A stretch of DNA of 62,000 nt. Origin: Schmidtea polychroa. Taxonomy: Eukaryota. How positions within the stretch are numbered: position 1 is the first letter of the stretch; every line of letters starts with the position of its first letter. Below the pieces are notes generated by a model. It ran no database searches and was not told the origin of the DNA. It was given only the letters and a program-made list of their open reading frames with translations. The DNA lies in NCBI GenBank assembly GCA_044892525.1, contig CM097885.1:1426001-1488000 (forward strand). Direction: 5' to 3'. The translations under genes were made by a program, and so were the position numbers. This document shows positions 1-10,400 of this stretch, in pieces.

Positions 1-1
1 T

Positions 2-88
2 ACATTAATATTAGAAGAAAAGAAAATAGAAATGAAATTATATGGTGGAAAGATTTCAATAATCGAAAATGTTAGGAGAGATTCTTAA
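2..88 (+). CDS. C-terminal end of the major capsid protein of element A (partial)
   Basis: Translates TLILEEKKIEMKLYGGKISIIENVRRDS*, nearly identical to the C-terminus of MCP 58977..60269(-). Confidence 0.85.
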   Translation, partial: TLILEEKKIEMKLYGGKISIIENVRRDS

Positions 89-105
89 TATTTTAACATT
101 TTAAA

Positions 106-1470
106 ATGTCTCTCTATTGGAGATGTGAAAGTTGTAATTGTCAAGTTACAAGACATCATAAAGCAAGTCATCTAAAAACTAAAAAACATATAGGAGGCGA
201 TCTACAATCTTCAAAAGTGACATCTTCAATATAAAAACCTTTTACTACAGAAAAATATCCAGGTGAAAGACATTTATTTAAACACAACTATACCGGACCA
301 GGAACAAGATTAGATATTAGATTAGATGAAAATAATAATCCCAAACAAGGAGAAGAACCAATAAATAGAATCGACCAAGCTTTAAAACATGATATTGCTT
401 ACAATTCAGAAGATCTTAGAGATAGACATGTTGCAGATGTTAATTTAATACATGATTTAAATAATATACAAAATCCATCAACCCAAGAAAAGATTCAAAG
501 AGCTCTAGTTAAATTAGCAATGAAAGGTAAGATTTTCATAGGTGCTAGTTTACCAAGGATGGCAAAAGATGTTGCTAATAAAAAGATTATTGAACAAGCA
601 GATGCTGAAAGATCCCTCGAGAATATATCCAAGACTGATTCTTTTAAAAGCTTATTAACCCCAACAGAATCACAAATAAAATATGCCAACGAATTACACC
701 ATGAATTTAGAAAAAATAAAAAATATTTAAAAGTTCAAGTACATGAAAAAGATCAAACATGGTCTGCAGATTTAGTCTTTATGCCAACCACATCATCAGA
801 CCCTGAAAAATATAAAATAATTTAAACTGTAATAGATTTATATACAAGATTTGCCTTTGCAAGGTGTTTAGAAAATAAAACAGGATATTCCATTACAGAA
901 GCATTTGAAAATATATTTGAAGAACATCAAAGAATTCCAAAATATTTATAGTGTGATAAAGGAACAGAATTTTATAACAAAGTTTTTACAAAGTTTTTAA
1001 ATGAAAATGATATTAAATTATATTCAACAGAAAACGAAGGAAAAGCAGTCGTAGTTGAAAGATTAAATAGAACATTAAAAAATAAAATGTGGAAATATTT
1101 TACTGCTATTGGAAAACAAAAATGGAACAATGAGTTGTTACAAAAGATTGTAAATGAATATAATAATGATGTACATAGTTCTATAAAATCAACACCTTTA
1201 AATGCTTCCATGAATCCTGAAACCATTAAAGTGGTAAATATTGAAAATGATGTTATTGAAAAACCAAAGTTTAAAATTGGTGACCGAGTAAGAATATTTA
1301 AATATAAAAATAAATTTGAAAAAGGATTCACAGCAAAATGGACAAATGAAATTTTTATTATAAATAAAATACATTATACAACTCCAATAACATATAGCAT
1401 CATTTATTTAAATAATGAAAAAATATTAGGTAGATTTTATAATAATGAGTTACAGAAAACAGATTTCTAA
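106..1470 (+). pseudogene. ZnF-PLA2-rve integrase, inactivated by three in-frame stops
   Basis: One frame from ATG 106 with stops at 232-234, 823-825 and 949-951; collinear with intact 57538..58947(-). YTGPG and HDIAY PLA2 motifs; WSADL, DKGTEF and VVERLNRTLK DDE motifs. Confidence 0.92.
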
Positions 1471-2243
1471 AATAAACTTTTCCATATTTCAGCTTCTTCT
1501 CTATCCAAATAAATATAATTATATTTTTCTCTCCAATGATTATCAACAAACATATCAAACATATTCTTATCAGGTTCAACATTTGAAAATAAATCATTAT
1601 AAATCATATTCTTATCACGGCGATCTAATTTAAAAAATATAAAACAATTAGAATTATTTCTTATAGAGTTTTTATCTAAAGCATAATAAGTTTGAGATAT
1701 ATAAATAACATTACAATTATTATGTCGACCTCGTGTAAAGTAACTCTTTTGAATCTCTTGATTTTTCATATTAACAACATCATCAAATATAACTAGATTC
1801 TTTTTATCTTTAGGAAGTAAATCACAATGTAAAACATCTTCAGGTTTATTAGAGAATAAAACTTGAATTGCCTCCTGCCCCTGATCTGATTCTAAAATCT
1901 TTTCCTTATACCAATCAACCATATCACAAGGTTGAAAAACTTCTTCAGGACACCTATGTTGATTTTTAAAAATATCAATTATTGCTTTTTTAGTTAATTT
2001 ATTTTCAAATCCACATTTCAAAAGTTGTAATTCTGGTTGATTTATGGTTGTAGAATAAAAGATTAAATTATTATAATCTAAAAAATCATCTTCAAGTAAC
2101 ATTCTCAAAACAAGTACATTCTTTCCACATCCAGAAGAACCAACAATTAATAATCTAAAATTATCAGGAAATACTTTATTATTAAATTTAGATTTATGTC
2201 TATTTAAAATTGGTTTCCAAATTATTGGACTTCGTACATCCAT
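1467..2243 (-). CDS. A32/FtsK-like genome packaging ATPase
   Basis: Walker A GSSGCGKN, Walker B LVIFDD, RGRHNNCNVIYISQ motif. First ATG is 2243 (the track starts at TTG 2297). Confidence 0.93.
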   Translation of the reverse strand: MDVRSPIIWKPILNRHKSKFNNKVFPDNFRLLIVGSSGCGKNVLVLRMLLEDDFLDYNNLIFYSTTINQPELQLLKCGFENKLTKKAIIDIFKNQHRCPEEVFQPCDMVDWYKEKILESDQGQEAIQVLFSNKPEDVLHCDLLPKDKKNLVIFDDVVNMKNQEIQKSYFTRGRHNNCNVIYISQTYYALDKNSIRNNSNCFIFFKLDRRDKNMIYNDLFSNVEPDKNMFDMFVDNHWREKYNYIYLDREEAEIWKSLF

Positions 2244-2258
2244 TTTATTTATTATAAA

Positions 2259-2868
2259 ATGACCTCGAAGAGTTCCTCTACTGAAGAATCTTTGCAAGAA
2301 TTAATAAATTCAAATAAAAATAAATCAGTAGTAATTGATGGTAAAAAATATTTTATTGGAAAACATGTAAAAGAACAAGTTAGAGCGAAGCTCCACGAAG
2401 CTAAAGAAGGTGGCATTCTTCCATTAGCTGCTTTAATACCTGCAATCATTGCTGGTTTATCAGGTGCTGCTGGAATAGCTGGAGGAATTGCAACTACAGT
2501 TCAAAAAGCTAAAGAATCTCAAAAGACAGACCTAGAAAAAGAAAAACTACAAACTGAAATCGATTCAATGAAGAAGGTAGGGCAAGCTAAAGGGGGAGTG
2601 TCCGTTGGAAAGGGTCTCTATCTTAATCCATATGAGGGGAGTCGGCAAAAGTCTCAGGGGACTCTGTCCAAGGGAAAGGGTCTCTATCTTGATCCTTATA
2701 AAGGTAGAGGTTTAAATGATTTTTTAAAAAATCAAATTTCTACATCTGAATCTTTATCTTCAAAAGATAAAGAAGATTTAAAAAAAAATTTGTAAATCTT
2801 TAAAGAATGGATGCCTTTGTAAAACTAAAAATGGTAAAGGATTATACTTGAAGCCCTTCGAACTATGA
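2259..2868 (+). CDS. Adenovirus pX(mu)-like core protein with GxGLYLxP repeats; frameshift in poly-A near 2780-2790
   Basis: EGGILPLAALIPAIIAGLSGAAGIAGGIA resembles adenovirus pX GGILPLLIPLIAAAIG. The shifted frame continues CKSLKNGCLCKTKNGKGLYLKP, as in the A' copy. Confidence 0.7.
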
Positions 2869-3789
2869 TACCATTTTTGATACCATTAGAAAGATTAGAA
2901 AGATTAGAAAGATTAGAAAGATTAGCACTTTTAAAAAAATTACAATCAGAACAAGATAAATATAATAAAAAAGATACAACTCAACATGCTGAATCTATAA
3001 TATTAAATGAGGTATTAACACAACAACAGGGGCCAACAATTAAAGCTATAAAAGAGTTGGAAGATTTCAATGAGCAAGCAAAATTTAAAGAGTTAGAAGA
3101 TAAAAAACAAAAAATAAAAGAACTAGAGTGGCAGGATAAAGAAAAAGAATCCAGTGTAAACCATCCTGAAAGAAATCAAAGAAAACGCAGAAGAATTTCT
3201 AATGTGGAAGAAGAAGAAATGTTTTTAAAAACAAAACCTCTTAAAGTTGATCCTAAAATTAGAGATGATTTACCTCCTTCAATTAGACCCACATTTAATA
3301 CCCACTAATACTGAAGGATATCAAATAATAACAATTAATAAACAAAACTTTACTTTATATTCAAATTCAGAAAATAAATCACGTATTCATTCACAAAATG
3401 TTTATAATAATGAATATTTAGACTTTGAATTTACAGATGATTTTTATAGATTACTTTGTGGATATTCTTCAGATGATCTTGAAGAAATTAAAAAATATTT
3501 AAATTTAATAAGATTAATAAGAGCTAGTTCTAAAGCAAAATATATTCAAGATTTAAAGAATTATTTAAATAAAAATGAAAAGGGTTATGTTGTTACAGAG
3601 GGAGAGGGATTAATTAGTCAAGGTGGTAAACCAAATCCCATCAATCTTTTTATTGAATTAAGAAAACTATTAGCTGCAAGGAAAGCAGGACATAATAATT
3701 TAGATTCTGATATTTTAAAGATTTCTAAAGATTTGTTAAAACAAGGAATAATTTCAAAAGATAAATTTAATAAGTATACGAAGTTATAA
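2865..3789 (+). pseudogene. Conserved Polinton hypothetical protein, split by a frameshift near 3300
   Basis: ORFs 2865..3308 and 3247..3789 together match 55246..55899(-). C-terminal LRKLLAARKAGHNN helical motif of a type common in Polintons. Confidence 0.7.
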
Positions 3790-3811
3790 ATACGAAGTTT
3801 TAAAATACAAA

Positions 3812-4276
3812 ATGACTCCTTCAATATTAGATTTTTTAAAAACATTTGGAATAAATGCAAAAACAAATTTTGATTTAAAAGATTATGCAAATTATTTAAA
3901 TTTAAAAATTAAAATATTAATGAATGATGAATTATCAAGTCTGGAGAGTCCCCTGAATATAATAATCAATTATCAAAATTCAAATGAAAAAGGATCTCAT
4001 TGGGTTTGTATATATAAGAAATCTATCTACTTTGATTCTTTTGGGATTAAACCTACTAAAGAAGTTGAAGATTATCTCTTGAGGGGTTCTCCGATTGATT
4101 CCCCAAATGGTTATACTTTTAACTCTTTACAAGTTCTACCTTTGAATACTAAAATATGTGGTATTTTAAGTTTATATGTTTTGTATAGATTGAATAAGAG
4201 AGAGGAAAAGGGGCATACGCAGGATTTTGAATCTATAATTCAAGAAATTTATAATGATCTAGAATCTCTACTATAA
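3812..4276 (+). CDS. Adenain-like cysteine maturation protease
   Basis: GSHWVC (His), YFDSFG (Asp), ICG (Cys). The oxyanion Gln reads Leu here (QVLP) versus QVQP in A'. Confidence 0.9.
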   Translation: MTPSILDFLKTFGINAKTNFDLKDYANYLNLKIKILMNDELSSLESPLNIIINYQNSNEKGSHWVCIYKKSIYFDSFGIKPTKEVEDYLLRGSPIDSPNGYTFNSLQVLPLNTKICGILSLYVLYRLNKREEKGHTQDFESIIQEIYNDLESLL

Positions 4277-4324
4277 GGATTTTTACTATAAGGATTTTTA
4301 CTATATGAATTTACTACTAAAGAA

Positions 4325-5089
4325 ATGGAGCTTCACAACCCTCCGGAAGATAATTTTAAAAAAATGGTAAACATAATGCCAGATAAATATTCAAGAACTT
4401 TATCTATAAATTCAAAAGAATCAGAGTTTACTATAAACTTTCAAGATTCAATTAAATTAGATCAAAATTTAAATTATGAATTGGGGCTATTATGGTTTTG
4501 TGCTTATAATACTATTTTTAATATAACTAAAGATAATAATAAATTTACTATTCAAACTCGTGATGGGCATAAACCAGAAATTATAACAATAGAACCTGGG
4601 GCATATGAGATAAAAGATTTAAATGATATACTTTCTAAAAAAACAAATGAAGGTATTAAAATTAAAATGGATATACCAACTTCAAAATGTGTAATGACTT
4701 TGAAGAATATAAAAATTAGTTTTTTAGATAATTGTTTCTTTCACACAGTTTTAGGATTTAAACCTATGGATATAACAATAAAAGAAGATAAAATAATAAC
4801 ATCAGAACATATTATAAAAATAATAAATACAAACACAATAAATATTCATTGCGATTGTATAACAGGTTCTTATAATAATGGTAAACAAACAAATGTTTTA
4901 TATTCCTTTCCCTCAAACACAGTTCCTATGGGATATAAAATAGTTGAAAGAATGAATCCTCCAAATTATTTACCTTTATGTAGAAAATATATAATGGATA
5001 TTAATTTTAAAATTCTTAATCAAGAAGGAGAATTGATTGATTTTAATGGAGAAGAGATTTCAATGTATTTACATTTGAAACAGGTTTGA
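4325..5089 (+). CDS. Minor capsid protein (penton)
   Basis: Polinton penton pattern: YELGLL..YNTIFNIT, IEPGAYEI, INIHCDCITGSY, VPMGYKIVERMNPPNYLPL, ILNQEGELIDFNGEEISMYLHLK. Confidence 0.85.
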   Translation: MELHNPPEDNFKKMVNIMPDKYSRTLSINSKESEFTINFQDSIKLDQNLNYELGLLWFCAYNTIFNITKDNNKFTIQTRDGHKPEIITIEPGAYEIKDLNDILSKKTNEGIKIKMDIPTSKCVMTLKNIKISFLDNCFFHTVLGFKPMDITIKEDKIITSEHIIKIINTNTINIHCDCITGSYNNGKQTNVLYSFPSNTVPMGYKIVERMNPPNYLPLCRKYIMDINFKILNQEGELIDFNGEEISMYLHLKQV

Positions 5090-5113
5090 AGATTCATTTT
5101 AAATTATTAATAA

Positions 5114-6124
5114 ATGAGTTCTTATATTCCATGTAATAGAGGTGGTGGAACAATAAAAACAGGGTTTAATACAGAAGAAATATTAACTTTAACAGAAAAT
5201 AAATATATTAATGAAAGAGGTGATTCAATGAAGGGTGATTTAATTTTAAATGGACACAAGATAAAAGAATTATCTTTTCCAACTGATGAAGCTGATGCAG
5301 TTAATAAGAAATATGTAGATGGTGTTAAAAAATATACTGATTTAACAACAACAAGAATTGAAAGTTCATTAACAACAAAAATTGATTCAATGGAATCAAA
5401 GCTTAATAATATCGAACAACGATTTAATGATAAATTTGACAAGTTACAAAGTCTGTTAACTGAACAAGTTGTAAAGTTAAATACTGCTATATTAAATTCT
5501 AAAGATAAACAAATTATGAATACTAAATTTAATGCAATATATAATATAATAAATGAGATGATTACATCATTTAATAAAAGAATTTCAAATTTAGAGTCTC
5601 ATGGAACACACATTAACACCACACATAGTATTAGAAAAAGAGCTGCTGAATTAGAACAGAATAAAACATTATTACCCCATACATATAAACATTTTATAGA
5701 ACCAAGTTTAATAACAACAAACAGTAAAGAATGGGGTGTTTTTATGGTTGTAAAAATTATTGATCCTTATTTCTTTTTGTTTGATGATGATAATGAAAGA
5801 ATGAAATGGTTTGTGAAATGTGATTATAATAGTAAGCTTGAAAAGGGTGATGTTATAATGACTAGTTATGATTTACCACACGGAGATTGGTATGTTAATA
5901 CTCATTCACATGGACTACATAAAGTTAAAAGTAAGAATATTCATTTTTCTAGTTCACTTGTACAATATATAGATTTAATATTTTATGAAAAAAAGGTTGA
6001 TGTTGATGAAGTTCGTAAAGCATTGAGAGAATTGTATAAAGACATCCTCTCAACAAGAGTTTCTTTTGATATCCGAGTATTGGTACCAGATGGTGCTCAG
6101 AAGAATAAAGTCTTATTTTTTTAA
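5114..6124 (+). CDS. Putative fibre-like virion protein
   Basis: GDSMKGDLILNGHKIKELSFPTDEADAVNKKYVD fibre/stalk-type repeat, then a coiled coil and a globular C-terminus; follows the penton gene. Confidence 0.55.
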   Translation: MSSYIPCNRGGGTIKTGFNTEEILTLTENKYINERGDSMKGDLILNGHKIKELSFPTDEADAVNKKYVDGVKKYTDLTTTRIESSLTTKIDSMESKLNNIEQRFNDKFDKLQSLLTEQVVKLNTAILNSKDKQIMNTKFNAIYNIINEMITSFNKRISNLESHGTHINTTHSIRKRAAELEQNKTLLPHTYKHFIEPSLITTNSKEWGVFMVVKIIDPYFFLFDDDNERMKWFVKCDYNSKLEKGDVIMTSYDLPHGDWYVNTHSHGLHKVKSKNIHFSSSLVQYIDLIFYEKKVDVDEVRKALRELYKDILSTRVSFDIRVLVPDGAQKNKVLFF

Positions 6125-6168
6125 TTATTAAAAAGGAAGAAGTAAGAGAAGAAAAAATTTACCCAGAA

Positions 6169-6729
6169 TTGAGATCATCAGGATATTATTCTTCCAAGGC
6201 CTCGGCTCCCACAGAACTTGAAATTATGAGAGTAAAAGAATTTAAATCAGAAACCTTACATTTACAAGATTTATTAAAGCATTATAAAAAAATTAAAAAT
6301 AGATGGAAAAAAGGGAATACAGTTTTAAAAGTTATAGGTTATTCTTTAGGATTTGCATCTGCAATATTAACAGTTATTTTACCCATAACTTTACCAGTTG
6401 TTACTCTTGCACCTGTAATACTTGGAAGTATTTCTGTGGCTGATGGTTTCTTAACTGAAATAGTTTCATTATCTTATACTTCTAAAAAGAAAGGTTTATA
6501 TAGAGAAGTTTGTTTATCAATAGAATTAGGAATCTCTAAATTATTTTTATTTCAATTAAAAGCTTTGGAAGATGGAATCCTGACAGACGAAGAAATAATG
6601 AAATCAAATCAAATAATACAAGATATAAAGAATGAGGTTATAAGATTAAAAAGGGAGGGCATGGTGGCTAATGTTATAAGTAATAAAAAAACATCTCGAG
6701 AAAAATGGTTAAAGAATTCTTACTTATAA
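6169..6729 (+). CDS. Polinton membrane protein (two hydrophobic segments)
   Basis: Hydrophobic VIGYSLGFASAILTVILPITLPVVTLAPVILGSISV followed by a KALEDGILTDEE motif. First ATG is 6226. Confidence 0.65.
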   Translation: MRSSGYYSSKASAPTELEIMRVKEFKSETLHLQDLLKHYKKIKNRWKKGNTVLKVIGYSLGFASAILTVILPITLPVVTLAPVILGSISVADGFLTEIVSLSYTSKKKGLYREVCLSIELGISKLFLFQLKALEDGILTDEEIMKSNQIIQDIKNEVIRLKREGMVANVISNKKTSREKWLKNSYL

Positions 6730-6823
6730 AATGGGTGTATTTTTAAAAAAGTAGATCAGGTTGCTATAGTTGCTTAAATTAATTGTCGACATTTTATTAT
6801 TAAAAAATTAAATATCGTTGGTT

Positions 6824-7378
6824 TCAGTTATGGTTGAAAGCCAACCTATGAATCATTAATTTATGATCTTTAAATTCTTTATCACTTAGACCTTTTATAT
6901 ATTCAGGATCAGTATTAAAATATTTAAGTTCTAAACATATAGGATTAAAAACTTGAGAATATAAAGGTTTCTCGATTTCTCTCTCGGGATAAATAATTTC
7001 AACATTATAAATATCAAGATCAGTAATCTTTGTATCATATAACTTATTCAACTTTTCTAGATTTTTTATTATAGGGATTAAATTATTTCCAATAGGTAGA
7101 GTTGTCTTTAAATCACTTAGTATGAATCTCTTATCATCATAATTTGATAATGATATTTTTTGAGATTCTATCAAGTGAATATCATGGTTTTCACTTTTAA
7201 GTTGATGTATTTCATCAATTTTATCTTTATGATTTGGATTCAATGTATCTATATAATCTTGATGAGAAAGATTCTTTGCAACCACTCTCTGTATTCCTTT
7301 ACATCTGTTATCCTTTAAATTATTAATATTTTTTATAATTTCAAAAATGTTATTTTCTTGATTTTTAGTTTCCATCAT
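6824..7378 (-). CDS. Stand-alone pPolB C-terminal (thumb-region) ORF
   Basis: KGIQ...YDDKRFILSDLKTTLPIG; nearly identical to the end of A' pPolB (51828-52319) and more diverged from the adjacent A pPolB. Confidence 0.8.
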   Translation of the reverse strand: MMETKNQENNIFEIIKNINNLKDNRCKGIQRVVAKNLSHQDYIDTLNPNHKDKIDEIHQLKSENHDIHLIESQKISLSNYDDKRFILSDLKTTLPIGNNLIPIIKNLEKLNKLYDTKITDLDIYNVEIIYPEREIEKPLYSQVFNPICLELKYFNTDPEYIKGLSDKEFKDHKLMIHRLAFNHN

Positions 7379-7402
7379 TTTATAGTGTTAAAATTCTAAT
7401 TC

Positions 7403-10400
7403 TTAGACCAGTCGTAATTGATTTATAATTATTTCTGCAGTAATGCTTTTTAACATTAATTTATGTGATTTAAAGTCTTCTGGTGTTAGTCCTTGGATAT
7501 ATTCAGGATCAGTATTAAAATATTTAAGTTCTATAGGTTTTATATTTTGAACTTGATTATATAAAGGTTTAGGAATTAATATTTCAGGATATTGGATTTC
7601 TACTTTAGCAAGTTGAAGGTCTGTAATCTCTAGGTTATAAATTTCATTTATTTTATCAAGATTTTTTATTATAGGGATTAAATCATTTCCAATAGGTAAT
7701 GTTGTCTTCAAGTCAGAAAGTATAAATCTTTTATCATCATAATTTGTTATAGCAATCTTGTTACACTCTTCAAGATATATATTATGTTTCTCTGATTTAA
7801 GATGATGGGTTTTAGCAATTTTATTTTTATAATTTATATTTAATGAATCTTTATACTCTTGATGTGTGAAGGTTTTTGACACTGATTTTTGAATTCCTTT
7901 ACTTTTATTTTCTTTATAGCTTTTCGGGTTTTCAGGGAATGAAGGATATTCAAATGTGTGATCTATTTCAACAGATCCTTCTCCCTCCCCTATTATAAAT
8001 TTTATTGTATGCTCTTTCATAATTGGTTTGTCTTTCATTTCAAGAGAATATTTTTTAGGTCTAATAAACACTCCTCCACTTATTGGAGTATTTGGTTTTT
8101 CATCTTTAAAAGTAAATAATTCTCCAGAGTTGTTTATTAATTTATTTAAGGTTTCGTTTTCACTTATTTCCTTTTTTAAATCTTTACTATGACCTTTTAA
8201 AAACATACTATCAGTGTCCATAGCATGCATGGATATTCGATCTCCAAAATGGGGTACTAGAACATCATAGCAGGTCTCATACATTTGAAGCTTTGAAAGT
8301 TCTAAAATTGAAAAACCTATAAAGATTGGTTTATTATAAGTTTTTACAGAGTTTTTAATCTCTATAGCTATAAGGTTACTAGAGAATATCTCTGCATTTT
8401 TAAATGTAGGCTTTCCAATTATTCGATTATATTTATTAAGATCTTTTGTTGTATTGGTTAAGAGCTCTACACGAGTATATTTATCAATATTCTCCATTGT
8501 CATTCCAAAGACTGCATTGTTTAAAAGTTTATAAATCATATCAAGAAAAGCATTTCCAGCTCTCTTTGCTGCATTTCTTTTTAAGATATTTCCCTCGATG
8601 AATTTTTTCATAAAAGGAGCTTGTCGGAATTTAATTATAGAATGTACTTTTTTTAAAACCATTCCATGTGAGAGATAAAACTGGAGGAGTCTATAATGAT
8701 AAAGATAATCAGTTTTATCTGTTTGATCACATAAAAGTTTTATACATGGTGTTCTATTCTGAGCAATCTGCCAATCTGATAGTTCTTCAGGAGAGATCTT
8801 TCTTCTTACAGGAGCAAATGGAAAATATCTAGTTCTGGATTTTATTTCATTGGGATATTCAAGATCACATTCTACAACATATCCAAATTGAGAATCTTTT
8901 GGTGTTTTTAGAATTTCTTGTATTAATTCCTCAGTGGGTTCTTTCCAGGTGAACTTGCCAATTGGAAGGTATTGAGTCATTACTCCCGCATATAAAGCTG
9001 TTGCATCTATATACATTATTTCAGAAGGATTAGAAAGACCTTCCATTATTTCCTTACGATCTTCTGGGTTTGTTATTTCTACATATAGAGCATCAGGATC
9101 TTTGAAAAATTTAGGATAAAGAGTTGTAAAATTATTAGCATTTATTTCTCTATTCCCTTGTACTGAAGAAATACCTCCTCTAATATTATGTTTATATACA
9201 TTAAACATATCAAGCTCAACTAATAATTCAATAGTTTTATTTCTTACTGCTACATCTTCATCAGTCCATATGGTATATAATAATATATCCCAAGCTAGAG
9301 AGGGAGCGGTTATATAATTATAAGGTTTTAATTCAAAAGCTTTTGAAAATGTCTCGAAGCAATCAGCTAAGATATAAACATCCAAGGAAAGATACATGTC
9401 AGTATATTCTCCAAGGTTTCTACAGTTGAATAGATTCCACATTTTAACTGCACGGGAATATTCCTGATCAGAAATCCCTGATTGTGTTAAAACAGAAAAG
9501 AAATCTTCTTGGGGTGGGAGTAATTCATTATATTTTTCAAAGGAGTCTATATAATCATATGGATAGATTCCTTTTGCTAGACAGGTATTATATTCCTCTA
9601 ATGGAATATTGTTTTTTAATAACACATGTTCTTTTGTATATTTAAAATCCTCAGGGTTCATAGTTTTAGCAATCCCATCCAAAGACATCCCTAAGAAATT
9701 TAACGAGTCCAAAAACTTAAAGCATCCATATTGAATGCTTTTATATTTTTCTTTTGTAAGTCCAATAACCTTGAAAGAGTTTTTAGCATTTGCGGCCAGA
9801 TGCTTAATGAATAGGTGAATATCATAGCCAAAAAGATTGTGAAATATAAATGGTATGTGTGTTGGTTTTTTACAATTGAGATTACATTTTTTATGGGCTG
9901 CTCCTCTGTAATTATTTTCTCTTTTAAAATGATCATGGTCTGCAACCTTTGGCTCCTCATCCTCCTCCTCCTGAATATCAAACTCTTGTTTACACATCCA
10001 GCAGTGTGTTGCATTTTTATATTCTTCCTCTTGTTCTTCTGAAAAATTCATAGGAAAGTTGGATTTTAATATTATATATAATTCATGTTCTAGATTATTT
10101 AAAGTTTTAACAAAATGATCTAGAGTCTCTTTGTCAGAAGTTCCTCTAAATGAATATTCTCTAGATTCTACAAGTTCTGGATAATTACTTTTAAAAAACA
10201 TTTTATAAGCAGAGGGTAATTGTTTTGTTAGTTTTACAGTATTAGTTTTTGTTCGTCTTAGTTTTACATTTATAGCTTCAAAATCACAATAAACCACTCC
10301 CAATGCTTCTAATAGATTGGAATAGTTTTTAAACCTCATATTAGCATTTTTCTTGTGTGGCATTTTTATTAAAGCAGGTTGATTCTTACAACAGAGTCTC

